From Cenococcum geophilum (taxonomy: Eukaryota): a stretch of 64,000 nucleotides of DNA. The notes beneath the pieces were generated by a model that worked only from the letters and a program-made list of their open reading frames with translations, was not told where the DNA came from and did not search any database. The number at the start of each line of letters is the position of its first letter. Within the stretch, counting starts at the first letter, position 1. The translations under genes and the position numbers were made by a program. Shown one piece after another: positions 1 through 12,244 of the stretch. The stretch is from assembly GCA_050273025.1 (NCBI GenBank), contig CP158635.1:9486001-9550000 (forward strand). The letters run 5' to 3'.

Positions 1-3000
1 TCGGCAACTGCTTTTCTTAAGTCCCCCTTAGGTAACTCGTTCTTTAGCAATCCTTCTTTATTAATACTGCCTGACCTAATTTCTTCCGATACTTCTATAC
101 CTTTCCTATAGTATTTTTTAAATTCTTTAGTAGTTCCTAGGTATTCTTATTATAGCCTATCTACTTTACCTTATACTATATTTTGTTATCGATGTCCTTA
201 TAACTAATAATCTTTAAAACTTGTTATTTGTCTTCTTCTTATCCTCTATATATATCTACTTTATAAATTAGTGGCTTAATATTCCCGTATACTAGCTCTA
301 GTATTGCAATATACTATATAGGGTAGATTTTTATTTTAGCTAGTAGGTTTAACCCAAACGTAACTAGTAAAATCCTTTAAATAATTTCAAAAGGTCCTAG
401 TCTAATATAGTTTAACTTCTTACTTAGTCGTTAACTCTTGAAATTTTTATATAGTAGCTATACTTTATCTCCCTCCTTAAGATCTAGTCCCTTAGATCTC
501 TTAGCGTTATAATACCTTTTTATTCTTTCTTATACCACCTTTACTAATTCTATAAGGTCTGCATAAAGATTTATTAATATCTTTATTCTTTCTTTAGCTA
601 TGCTACTTATCTTCTTTACTTATTATAGTAATAACAATATTCTTAGCTTATATCCATAATTTGCTTTAAATAGTAATATACCTATTCCTTCTTAAGGTGT
701 TACATTATATATAAACTATATAACTAGTAATAATAATACCTAATTATTCTATACGTAATTAATATAATATTTTAGATACTGCTTTAGTATTTAGTTTAAT
801 CTTTTTATTTAACCGTCTATTTGCGGATAATATACGGTAAAAGTTATTACTCTAACTCCTTATTCCGCTAAAAATACCTCCTAAAATACTACTATAAATC
901 TTAGATCTCTGTCCGATATAATCTTACTTAGTGCTCCGTGTCTTATAAATACTTCTTTAATATAGATTCTAGCGACATCTTCTACTAATATCTCTTCTAT
1001 ATATGCTATAAAGTATCCCCACTTTATAAGCTTGTCTACTATTACTAAGATTGCGTTATAATCTTGTTCTATAATAGGGTCTCTTAACTTTAATAACTTA
1101 ATAATAAAGTCCTATAATATAACCTCCTATAGTCTCTCTGGTATCTTAATAGGTTATAGCCCTCTATATAGCTTATACCTCGTTAGTTTATTTCTCTAGT
1201 AATCTAAATATTCCTTTATAACTTTTTACGCTAAGCCCTAAATTCTATTAATAATATACTCCTTTTAGAGTCTTAACACTAAGCCTCTAGCTCCGTTATA
1301 TCCTTAAGTTAATCCCTTATAGAACTCTTCTATAAATTGCTCTGCTATGCTTCTTAAGATATACTTTACTTCTCAATTTTTATATATATCCGTTTATAGA
1401 TCTTTTAGCTGTGCTTTTAGAATCCTTTATACCTAAAAGCTTTTTAGTAACTTATAAACTCTCTCTAGTTCTTCTTAAGTTACTATAATCTTTAAATAAT
1501 TATACCTAATTAATCTATCTATATCTTTTCGCAGTAAAGCCCCTAATAGCTTTTTATTATTTTATAGTTTAGCTTTTTAACTTAGAGCATCTGCTTATAT
1601 ATTATCCGTACCCTTAGTATACTAAATCTTAAAATGGTATTCTGTAAGTATTTCTGCCCATCTAACCTATCTTTAATTAAGTTCCTTTGTTATTAGGAAT
1701 CCTATTAGGTTCTTATAATCTATTTTAACTATAAATAGTTTCTCTATACCTTATAAGAATGCTCTCTATTCCTTTAATGCTATAACTATACCTAATAACT
1801 CCTTATTATAAATGTTATAGTTTAACTCTAGTAGTATTATCTTCCAACTATAGTATACCACTAGGTGCCATCCGTCTAGATACCTCTATATAAAATACGC
1901 CCCTAGTATATAATCTAATACATCTATTTCTATAACTATCTCTAGTCCTAGTTAATAGATTTTAAGAACTAGCTCCTAGGTAAACAATTCTTTAACTTAT
2001 TTAAATAACCTCTTTTACTCTTCTCCTTATACCTATAGTTCTTCTTTCTTTATTAATCATGTAAACGGCTTAATATCCTTTAACTATTACGCTATAAACC
2101 TTTTATAGTAATTGCAAAACCCTAAAAACGATTTTAACTGTATAACGTTCTCTAGTTCTTACTAATTTACTATAGCCTTAATCTTCTTTAGATCTATACT
2201 AAGTTGGCTTAGTTTAATAATAAATTTAATAAAATTGGTCTTTCCGGTAAAGAACTCGCATTTCTTAATTACTACTGGCATCTATTCTTTCTATAGTCTC
2301 TTTAAGACCCATTTAACGTGTTCTCTATACTCTTCCTCACTTATTAAATAGATAATAATATTATTAAGATATACTATAATAAATTTATCTAAGTGTTCTC
2401 CTAATACATTATTAATACGCTTTTAGAATATTACTAGTGCGTTTATAAGCCTAAATTGTATAACTAATAGTTTATATAGTCCTTCCTTTAACCTAAAGGC
2501 TGCCTTCTATTTATTACCTTTCTTAATCCTAATCTAATAGTACGCCTATCTTAGATCTATCTTTATAAAGATTTACGCATTACCTATCCTGTTTTAGATT
2601 TCGCTAATTAAGGGTAAAGGATACCTATCCTTCCTAATAATGCTGTTTAACTGTCTATAGTTAATATACAGCCTTAGTTTGCCATTTTTCTTTAGTACGA
2701 ACAGTACTGGATAACCCGCTGATGACTGTAATGGTCTAATATATCCCTTTTATAGATTTTCCTAGATAAACTCTTTTAATGCTCTACTTTCTTCCTTAAT
2801 AAGCTTATAGATTAGAAAAAACTTTAGACTTATTTCTAGTTCTAACTCTATCTTATAGTCTTATGCTATATACTCTAATAGCCTTTTACTTTCCGGTGAC
2901 TATAGTTTCTTACTATACTTATGGTATCTCTTTAATATATAACTTAAGCCTTGCTTAGTCTCTTTATATATTACTCCAACTTAGTACTATATTAACTTAG

Positions 3001-6000
3001 CTTATTATCGCATTTTATAGCGTTAAGTATCTCTAATATTAACCTAACCTATAACCCAATTAATTTTTAAATTGTATTTCTATAACTAAGGCATTCCTAA
3101 TACTGCCTTATTATTCCCTAATAGTAATATATTAAAAGACATCTTGATTTATTTCCCTTTAATAGTTAGCTAAATAGGTCCTATTTTAAGATTAATAATA
3201 CCTCCTCTATAAGCTATTAAATCTCCTAAAATTGTTACTAATAGGTAAGGGTGCTCCTTTTTCCTATGCGGTAAACCTATCCTCTTAACTGCTGCTAGCG
3301 AGATATAGTTTCTTATTGCTCCACTATCTATTAATACCTTAAACTGTTAATCTTGCTACTTAACTTATAAATTTAGGTATTATCCTTAAATTCCTTTAAG
3401 GGTTTAAGGCTCTACTACTAGCTCCTTCTGGTTTAGTAGGCCTCTACTTTTCCTAACTATTGGCTACTTAATCCTGTTTATACTTGGTCCAACTTAGGCT
3501 AATATTTAGTTTGCTTTTTATCTTTAGTATGCTATAGACATATATTTTCTAGGCATTCCTACTACTATTGTCCGTTTAGGCATTTTTCTATAAGGAATCT
3601 TCCTAGCTAAAGTATTAAGTCTCCTAACTCCTAAACTTCTACTAGGTGCTAACTATGTATATATTTAGCGTTTTAATATTTCGCCTTATCCTATATCTAA
3701 TATATTCTCCTTAGGTACTTACGATGCTTATCTTTAGGTATTCTATATATATTGTATATATTATCTATATATGCGATCTATACTAATGTGTAATATGCTT
3801 AGTATCTTAGGTTAACTCTTAGCTTGTCTTTACTCTTAAGTTTAAACCTTTCTCGTGTTGGTTTAAGCGTTGCGACTTTATTCGCAGGTATTAAGATACT
3901 TCTTTTACTTCTCTAGTCCTCTAATTACTCCTCTAGATCTTTTAATATTATAATTAAGGCTCCCTTAATATAAGTTATAGCTTTTTCTATAATTGGGTGG
4001 TCTTAGATAACTTTTTCGTCTAGCTATATATAGAAATCTTCCCATTTATTATTGTGTTGTTATCTATACCACTTTTAGTACAGCTGCTTAAGTATATACG
4101 GCGTATCCGTAAGGAAGTATCTTCTTATTACTATATTATAATAGCCCTTTATATATCGTTCTTTAAACCTAGTTAAGATCTCTAGATCTTCTTCTTATTC
4201 CAGTTTAATAAGCCACTTAGCTCTTAATGTGCCTGCCCTAGGCCTATTAGTAATTTGTTATACCAGTACTCTGTCTCGCGTACGTCCCAATATGCTAGAT
4301 CTTTTATCTAGTTTCTGTTCTTGCTATAAGGTAATTCTTGCCCTAAATTCCTCTATGGTTTCTTTCTTTTCGCGTCTTATAAGTAGATCTTTAAAGTCTT
4401 CTTACTTCTTAATCTTTGTATTGGTTTTCCGATCTTTAGGCTAAACACTATATTCCCCTAGTAAGTCTTCTAAGTCTATATACCTGTCTCTTAGTCTTAT
4501 TACTATTTATGCTACAAATTCTCTAATCTTATTAATAGTCCTTATTTATATCTTAAAATCTTAGTTCTATAGGATTCTTAATCCTAAGCTTGCTTCTAAC
4601 TTAAGCTTAGCTTCTACCTTAGTCTAACTAGGCTTAGGTGTTTTTATCTTATCTTAAGAGTTTTAAATCTTACTTATCTCGTCTTAAGAGTCTTATGCCT
4701 GTGGGAAACTCTATCCCAAGCTTATTTATATATCTTTAAACTAAGCTACTACCCTACTCTATCGGTTCCTGTCTATTATAGGTCCTTAGGTATACCTTAT
4801 CTCGTCTTAAGAATCTTAGTCGTCTCTTATCTTATCTTAAGAATCTTAAGCCTTTAGCTTCTTGCCTTTATCGAGTACCGAAGTGGTTTATTATCCTACT
4901 TCTCTTGCGTTTCGTAAAGTAATAGATATTATATCTAATAGGGTCTTAATCCTAACTAATATTCCTTATTCTATAGTGGAATTATCCTCTACCTCTTATA
5001 TAATATCTCCGAGGTTTATATACTCCTAGTAAGCTGCCTTTATTACCTTATTATTATAGAATATTTCGCCTATATCGGATTTATTATCCTTAATATCCGA
5101 TCTATAAACTAGTTTATTAGTTCCTCTACACGCTATAGGGTTTAGCTCCTATAGCTAATAGCTTACGCTATACTTAGCGTCTTTATAAATTTGGTATACG
5201 TTATTATAATAAAACATAAAACTTCTAATTGAATATTCTTTTGTTCCTCGCAGTATACTATTATCCCTCTATACGTATATATCTTCTACTATTGGTCTTA
5301 TTCCCTTTATTATATAGTATCTCTAACTATCTTTATAATCCCTTACAAAATAACCTTATTTCCTGCAATTTATGCAAGCTCCATTTTTAAACTATTAACT
5401 TTACTATAGAGTCCGCTTAAACGTCTTCTACTACTAAGGTCCTTAGTTTAGCCTTTACTCCTTAGTCCTGCGATTACTAAATCCTTAACCTTTAGGTTTC
5501 TACGGTTTCTTACTCTATCTCTTATAGGCTTCTTTAGTACTACTTAGGTCTATTAGCTCTACGCCATACTATAATTTCTAATTTAGCTTTAGTCATTGCG
5601 TGCTCTACGCCTTATATAACTATAGAACTCTATTCTAACCTTTCTTAGCCTATTCCCTTTAGTAGATTTAATTATTAATCTTAATTACCTAATCTATTAA
5701 ATCCCTTAGGGTGTCCGTATCTTCCATTAAAATAATTACGTCCTAGACTTTAGCCTTAAGTCCCTATTTATACTATGCCATAAGCGCCCTATTATTCTAC
5801 TTAACTTATATAGCTAACGTCTAGAACTATATCGTATACTTAATTGCTAAGGTTTATTGCGTAATATTTTAAAGTTTCCTTTCTGCTATAGTTGCCCCTT
5901 TTAGGTCTCCAAATATTTATATAAGTCGCTCTATAAATCCCTCCTAGCTTAAGAACATAAATCGCACCTCCTAATTAGTGGTCGTTATTCCGTTTATTTA

Positions 6001-6149
6001 TATCTCCGTAAGATAAGGTTTAAACTACTTAAGTGCTCTTTCTAATAAGAATAGTCCTGCATAGGCTATTCGATCCATAGATATTGGTAGCTTTACCCCT
6101 TCTTATATAACTTTAAAGTACATTTACGTAAGAAATCCTTTAAGCTTTA

Positions 6150-6693
6150 GGGTGTGTTCGGTTGCAATAAGGAACTTTTTGAATATGAGGTTGCTCCGTG
6201 CTTTGACCGGCGTCAACTAGTAGATATTGATCGGCGGTTAATATAATATCCGTGCTTAATATGAAATGAAGCTGGGTGTTCGGTTGATCGCTCTTTAAGG
6301 CCTTAGATAAGGCTTAAAATTGGCGACGTCCTCTGCGTGTATTATTTACCCTACAGGGTCTGCTGCTGCTGCAGCAATATCGTCGAGGGTGAGGGTGGTA
6401 ATGCCATACCTGGTGGGGTGGGCGATTGGGCGCACGCACGAGCAGAGCTCCTTATTGAATATGGAAAATGAGGAGTCGCAGAAGGCTCCTTATTGAAAAG
6501 GAGCCAAGAGCTTCATTTCTCCTACTATATACGGTATGGCGTGCAAATTTGACGCGCTTGCCGATAAGGAGGAGCTCCTTATTCGAAAGTCACCATATCT
6601 ACCGAACACCAGCTTCCAGTTCAGATTTGAGCTCCTGATCGCCTCCAAAAAGTCGCCTCCTTAAGCAATAAGGAGGTGCAACCGAACACTCCC
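6150..6693. mobile_element. 544-bp MITE (non-autonomous TIR element) inserted in Gypsy gag
   Basis: TIRs GGGTGTGTTCGGTTGCA / TGCAACCGAACACTCCC (1 mismatch). TTTA direct repeat on both sides (6146-6149, 6694-6697). Removing the element plus one TTTA restores the gag frame. Much less RIP-mutated than its host element. Confidence 0.85.
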
Positions 6694-6987
6694 TTTAATC
6701 TTTCTCCTAAAAATCTCTTAATTAATAGTAGCTTAATCTTCACTGCTCTAATCCTATTAACCCTTTCTTCTAACGCTGCATTATTAGTTATTAACCAGTT
6801 AATTACCTCTTATAACTATCCGACCGTCACAGGTTGCTATAAGTTAGTATTTGCTATACTAGTGTCGTCTACTAACCTTAAAGTAGTTGCCGCTGTTATT
6901 GGCGTTATAGTGGCTACTTTTAGTGGTATATTGTTTAACTTTCTATATTTAATACCGTAACTAGGTAGTAATTATATAATAAAACCT

Positions 6988-7396
6988 TGTAGCAAGAACT
7001 ACAATGGGCTCGTTATTAGGCTAGGTATATAGGTAAAGGAATTAAAGTCAATAACGTAATAATAACTGGTAGAGCGGTTGCCTAATAGATTAACTCTAAT
7101 TATATTCTAAGAATTACTACAAGGAAAGAACTATCTAGGTAGGGACTAAGGGTCCTTAAATACACAACCGTACTCCTATAAAATCCTCCTTATATATAAT
7201 ATACGTCTTATACGTAAGGTACGTAAGTTCCTCTTGTATCTCTCGTTTAATACGTAGCACGTTATATAACCTTAGTTACCATTCCTCGTTATATAGTTCT
7301 ATCGGCTCCATCCTAGACCGTGCTTTAATTAACTAACTAGCTTCTTCTAACTCTTCCCTAAGTAGTCGTAACATCGTACTTAAAGCGTCCGTAACA
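6988..7396 (-). repeat. Putative 5' LTR of the Gypsy element
   Basis: Bounded by TGTAGC...GTAACA, just upstream of gag on the minus strand. The partner LTR is outside the window, so boundaries are inferred. Confidence 0.55.
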
Positions 7397-8119
7397 GCTA
7401 AGGCATAAGTTTAAGAAAGAAAGGAGGCTCGGGCTACTGCTATAAAGGCTAAAAAGGTTATAGATTAATATAAAAAGGACTTAGGAGAGGCAGATTAGGC
7501 AGCGAAAAGAGCATAAAAGGCGTTAGTAACTATAGGCAATATAGTAAATAAGAAGAAGACTATAGAAGCTTATATAGCAGCTGCTTAAGTAGTAAAGGAG
7601 GCAAAATTTAAAGTAGAAGCTTTAGCAATACTATGGAAGCAATAGGAGGATTCTTCTGCAGTAGCTTTAGAGGCTATAGCTCACTCTAAGGCTCTATAAG
7701 ACACTGTAAAGAAGGTAAAGGAGGCCTCCTAGCAGTCTATACAGGCCGATAAGGAAGTGGACGATAAGGAAGTAGACGATGAGGAAGCAGATAATAAGGA
7801 AGTAGATGATAAGCTAAGTGGATTAAGTAACGATAAGGCGTTGTATATAGATGAGGATATTAATATAGGCGACGTCACGGTGTTAATTGAGTAGCAGTCA
7901 GTACCAAAAACACTAAAAAATATTAATATAGAGCCTCTATTATATAAAAATAAAGCTTCATAAAACCTTAGTAATAGTGTGATACTGTGCGATGCTTTTT
8001 ACTATCGTTTTGCCTACGATTGGGCATTCGGTAGTACTTTGGTGTTCCGTGAGCCTAATTAGGAAGGCGGTAGTTCGACCGTCATAACCCTATCGCCGTC
8101 ATAACCCTATCACCTACGT
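7397..8119 (+). mobile_element. pogo/Fot1-like DNA transposon 3' fragment
   Basis: Degraded coiled-coil/acidic tail ending CCGTCATAACCCTATCGCCGTCATAACCCTATCACCTACGT followed by TA. A homologous copy lies at ~31837-32240. Confidence 0.65.
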
Positions 8120-8267
8120 TAGATTGCTAGCAGGTTGCGCGCAGGCTGCGTGTTAAAAAAACACGATATAGGCTAGTCGGTCGAGTTGCTAAATGCCCTT
8201 AACTGCGCGCCAATTGCGTCAACCACCAGCCATTAAGGCCATTGGTAGGGTATTATATTTTACTAAT

Positions 8268-8902
8268 ATATATAAAAGCTGTATTATAATACCTATATAT
8301 AATTACTATACTACCCTTAAGGATTCTAGCTCCTATATAAACTAAAGGCAGCTATATATACATCCTTTATAATTAATAAGGCTATTAGCTTAGCCTTATA
8401 GTTATAATAATCTAGATATATAGGGGGCTAGTATAAATTATTAATATTTATAACCCTAGGGTTATAGGGGTCCTATAAATAGAGAATATTATATTAGTAA
8501 TAAGCTTACTAAAAACTAAAGGTATAAAGTCTATTTTATTAGGAGATATAAACCTCTACTACCTATAATAGGGGGGTATCTATATTACTACTAAATAATA
8601 GGTAGAGTGTTTACTAAAAGCTATAAATATCTAAGGCCTTAAGCTAGCTACCCTCCTAAAAGCAATTATATAGTAATAAGGCACTACTAAAAGTATAATT
8701 AATCTTATATTTATAGATAAAGGCCTATATTAGAGACTTAAAAGGTATACCCCTAAAAAAGAATTAGTATTCGCTTTAAACTATATCCCTATTTAGATAT
8801 AGCTAGATTTAAATATTAAGGCGTAACTAAATAGTAAAAGATACGTAATAAGGAAGCTTAAAATAGACAATTTCCTTAATATAGTTAAATAAAAACTTTA
8901 AG
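8268..8902 (+). mobile_element. Tad1-like LINE fragment (APE endonuclease region), copy A part 1
   Basis: Aligns by eye with ~37540-38202 and ~61100-61770 (LLGDINL motif). Interrupted at 8903 by an LTR start (TGTTACGG). Confidence 0.8.
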
Positions 8903-8961
8903 TGTTACGGACCTTATATTAGCAGTAGTACGACTACTAAAAAGAGATATAAGCGGGTTAG

Positions 8962-10885
8962 TGTCACGGAGTAAGTATAAGTGGCGATAATATATAGCAA
9001 GGTAGATATTATTAAGCTATGTATATAAACTGTATAAGGAGGTTAAAGCGTTACGTAAAGAAAGAAGGTAGGAAAACGGGAAGAAAAGGCATATATTATT
9101 AACTTAGTTGCTTAGTTAATACGTACATAGGGTAGAATAGGGTTTAGGTCGTAGTCCTAACAAAACTTAGCAGAATGCCGTAGATTACCATTAGATTGCT
9201 ATTAAATTGCCATTAAATTACCGTTTTGCGGTTAGTCTCTAATTACTAAGTTAGTAGAAATAGGTGGATGTATATAAGGTGTTATAGGGGTATCCCATAA
9301 TAGTACCCCCCCTTTAAACTTAAGCTTTTACGAGATAGGGCTATAGTAGTTTTAGGTAGAGTTTATAAAAGTCTTCTACGGCTCATATAAGTCCTATAGA
9401 GTTAACGGGTTCCTATAAGGACTTAGTAAAACCTCTCCATTTTATAAAATATATATATTAGCGTTTCCGTTTATTATACTTAATATTATTAATTCTCTTA
9501 ATAAAGTACTTATTCTTACTATCTACTTTAACTAATAGGGGAGGGTCCTATATCTATTTAGGCAAGGCGTCTAATATAAGGGTAATAGGGTAAAGGACTG
9601 ATATATAGAATATAGAGTAGATTTTAACCGTATTAGGGAGCTTTAGTTAGTAGGTGTTAGGTAACGAAGTCACCTCGCCTATATATATTGTTCCGCACAG
9701 CTATACCTAGCATTAAGCCAGTTACTCGTTTACCTTTTATAGGTTTATGTGGCTAAGTAGTGCGGAGCTTATCACCTCATAGTAGGCGTAGAAGGAAATA
9801 ACCTTTTTAACCTTATAAGGGCCAGCGTTCTTCTAATTAAGCTTTTTAGTAGGTTATTTTATATTTAGATTTCTTATATTTAGCCAGACGAAGTTACTAA
9901 TTTAGTAAGCTAGTACTAGGGTTTATTTCTTATTCGCTACGGCTTTATAGACAAATTAAGCCTATATTATTTCGTTAGTAAGAAACTACTATAGTTCCTC
10001 TATCTTTTCTATAAATTTATTTGCTTTTATAATTTATAAGGCGTAGTAAGCAGGGCGAGGAATATTACTAAAGGGTTTAAAACCTATTTGTAAATACTAG
10101 CTATAGTTAGCCAGAAATAGGGAGACCTTTATAGTTTCCAAGACGGAATTATTTATAGTAAACTTGGTAAATACAAGCCAATTAATCTAGTTATCTTATA
10201 AGTACAACGTATATATCCAAATATACTATTCTATTATAGCATTTATACATTCCGTTTAACTATCTATTTCTAGGTAGTATACTATAGATAATAGTGCTTT
10301 AATATGGAGTTAAATAGTTAGTTTTTTCCAAAATATAGAGATAAACTAGCTGCCTTTATTAAAGACAATCATTTTAGGGAGTCTATAGAGTTTCTATATA
10401 TAATCTAGGAATAGTTAGGCAACAGTAAGTATTAATATATTAGGGCAGGCGATTAAGTATCTTATCTTAGATAGTTAGTCTATAACTACTATAATATTTA
10501 TACAGCCCTTACTTACAGGGAGGTCAATAATAAAGTTAATTAAGATGTTCTTCTATTTTTAGTTTAGAACAGGTAGTAGCTTTAGAAGGCCGTTATACGT
10601 CTTATATAAAGCTTTAGCTTATTAGTAAATATAGCAGCTAGAGACGTACTTTCGTATTATATTATATATATTTAGCTAATAGTATTCTTATTAGAGCAGT
10701 TCTAGGGGTTTTCCTTAGCCTAGGTAGCTAGCTATTAGTAGATTATATATATATTTAAGGAGCTTAAGCTTAAGTTTATTATAGTTAGGTATAATTAGGC
10801 GGTTCTAGTAATATAAGCGGTTTTTATAGGCTTTATATCTACTTAAAGAAATCTTTTTAGAGCGTCTAATACCATCCAATCTATT
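8962..10885 (-). mobile_element. Second Ty3/Gypsy element, 3' part (integrase, GPY/F region, PPT, 3' LTR 8962-9302)
   Basis: LTR TGTCACGG...CCCATAATA (RIP form of CCCGTGACA). Minus-strand purine tract AAAGGGGGGGTAC abuts the LTR. Degraded integrase (HPE.DGQTE-like) at ~10180-10290. Confidence 0.8.
9655..9781. mobile_element. 127-bp solo LTR nested in the Gypsy integrase C-terminus
   Basis: TGTTAGG...CCTCATA ends, 5-bp TSD GTAGG (9650-9654, 9782-9786). Removal rejoins the host reading YAY-LKLP. Confidence 0.7.
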
Positions 10886-10888
10886 CTA

Positions 10889-12093
10889 AAAAAGGCCCCC
10901 CCAAATCGCTCCTTAAACTACTTTAAAAGGTCTAAACAGCCTACCTTTAGAGTATAATAGGCGGATATAAGCGAACGGCTACAGTACTGCTTTAAAAGGA
11001 AGCTAATATTCCCCCCCTATAACTATATATTAAAGCCGCTGCAATATAAAGGGCGTAAAAGGAACGTAACTCTAATATTATAAAGTATATTAAGATACGC
11101 TTAAATAAACTATAGAGGGACCCTAGGGCGCCTTATAAAAGAATAAACCAATAACCTTAAAGTAGGGAAGATATATTAGAGAAATAGGTAAAGAAAGTAG
11201 AAAAAAAATAGTACTGCTTTAGGGCCTAGGCCTATATAGAGAAGAAAGGGAGACGTATAAGAGGCTAGTAAAGATAATAGTAAGAAAGAGAAAGGAGCTA
11301 GAGTATAAAAGAATGCTAGGAAACTATCTACCGTAATATAATACTGGCTAGACTAACGCTAAAGAGGTATATAGGAGTTAAAGGTATAGAGGCTAACTAA
11401 GGTAAGAGGAACCTAAGCTGTAGTATAGTTAACGCTATAGGGGGTAAATACTTTAGGGCTCTAAGAAGGCCTAATAAAGGTAGAAAATATAATAGTAATA
11501 CTCTTAAGATTAGGAATAATAGGACTAAAAGACTAGCTCTACTAGGTAGGTATCTTAGTAGGTAGCCTAAGATATAAATATAGCTGGCTAAGATAAACAC
11601 TAAAATATATAATACTATTATGCCCCTTATATACTAACTAAGAAGTAATACTCTTAGTAGCTAGTATAGAGAACTATAAAACACTACTCTTAATATAAAA
11701 AGGCCTTAAGGCGGTTACCTAGTAGCTTATTAGCTAAAATATATTAAACTAGTTCTAGGTTATAAAGGAAATAGCAATAAAGGGCGAGGGGGCGAGTAAT
11801 GGGCGCCCCCTAATAACTCTATAGTAGTAGAGTAAAGTTTACGATACTAGCGCGTCCGTAGGCTTGTTACGGCAGTAGTGGTCCCCAAGGAGGTCAAAAA
11901 GTAAGGTAGTAGGAGCACCACAGGTGACTCGCAGGCGCCTCGCAGGCGCCTTGCAGGCGAGTCCCAAAAGGCAGGGAGATGGATCACGGGGTTTTCTCAA
12001 ATAGAGTTTTCTCCCCACATGTACATAAGGAGTAGTCCGCGTGGGCCCAATAGGGATCCGAATCGGACGTTAAGCAATGAATTATTATTATTA
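10889..12093 (+). mobile_element. Tad1-like LINE 3' part with (ATT)n tail, copy A part 2
   Basis: Matches ~39945-41153 and ~63508-64000. Ends GTCCGCGTGGGCCCAATAGGGATCCGAATCGGACGTTAAGCAATGA(ATT)n. Confidence 0.85.
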
Positions 12094-12244
12094 CCATCCG
12101 ATCCAGACGTTTGGGGAGCTGGAACAGGCCAAACAAGTGCAAGTGCGGAGATGAGGGAACCCCGGGTTACCTCTTTCGGATGCAAACACTTCGTGACGAC
12201 GCGTCGAACTTTCAACGGCATTTCAATTAACAACGCTTGTAAAC

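Larger units (their letters stand above)
1..7396 (-). mobile_element. Ty3/Gypsy LTR retrotransposon, RIP-inactivated (gag-PR-RT-RH-IN; 3' end runs off the window)
   Basis: The minus strand gives RIP-damaged motifs: gag GERLKLKGFLT (~6125-6710, split by a MITE), CCHC knuckle GACINC..K.G(H)F.RD(C) ~5330-5385, protease VLIDSGA.RN ~3310-3340, RT VYL(DD)IIIY ~2350-2385, RNase H/integrase towards position 1. Strong TpA excess and many TAA/TAG stops. Confidence 0.9.
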
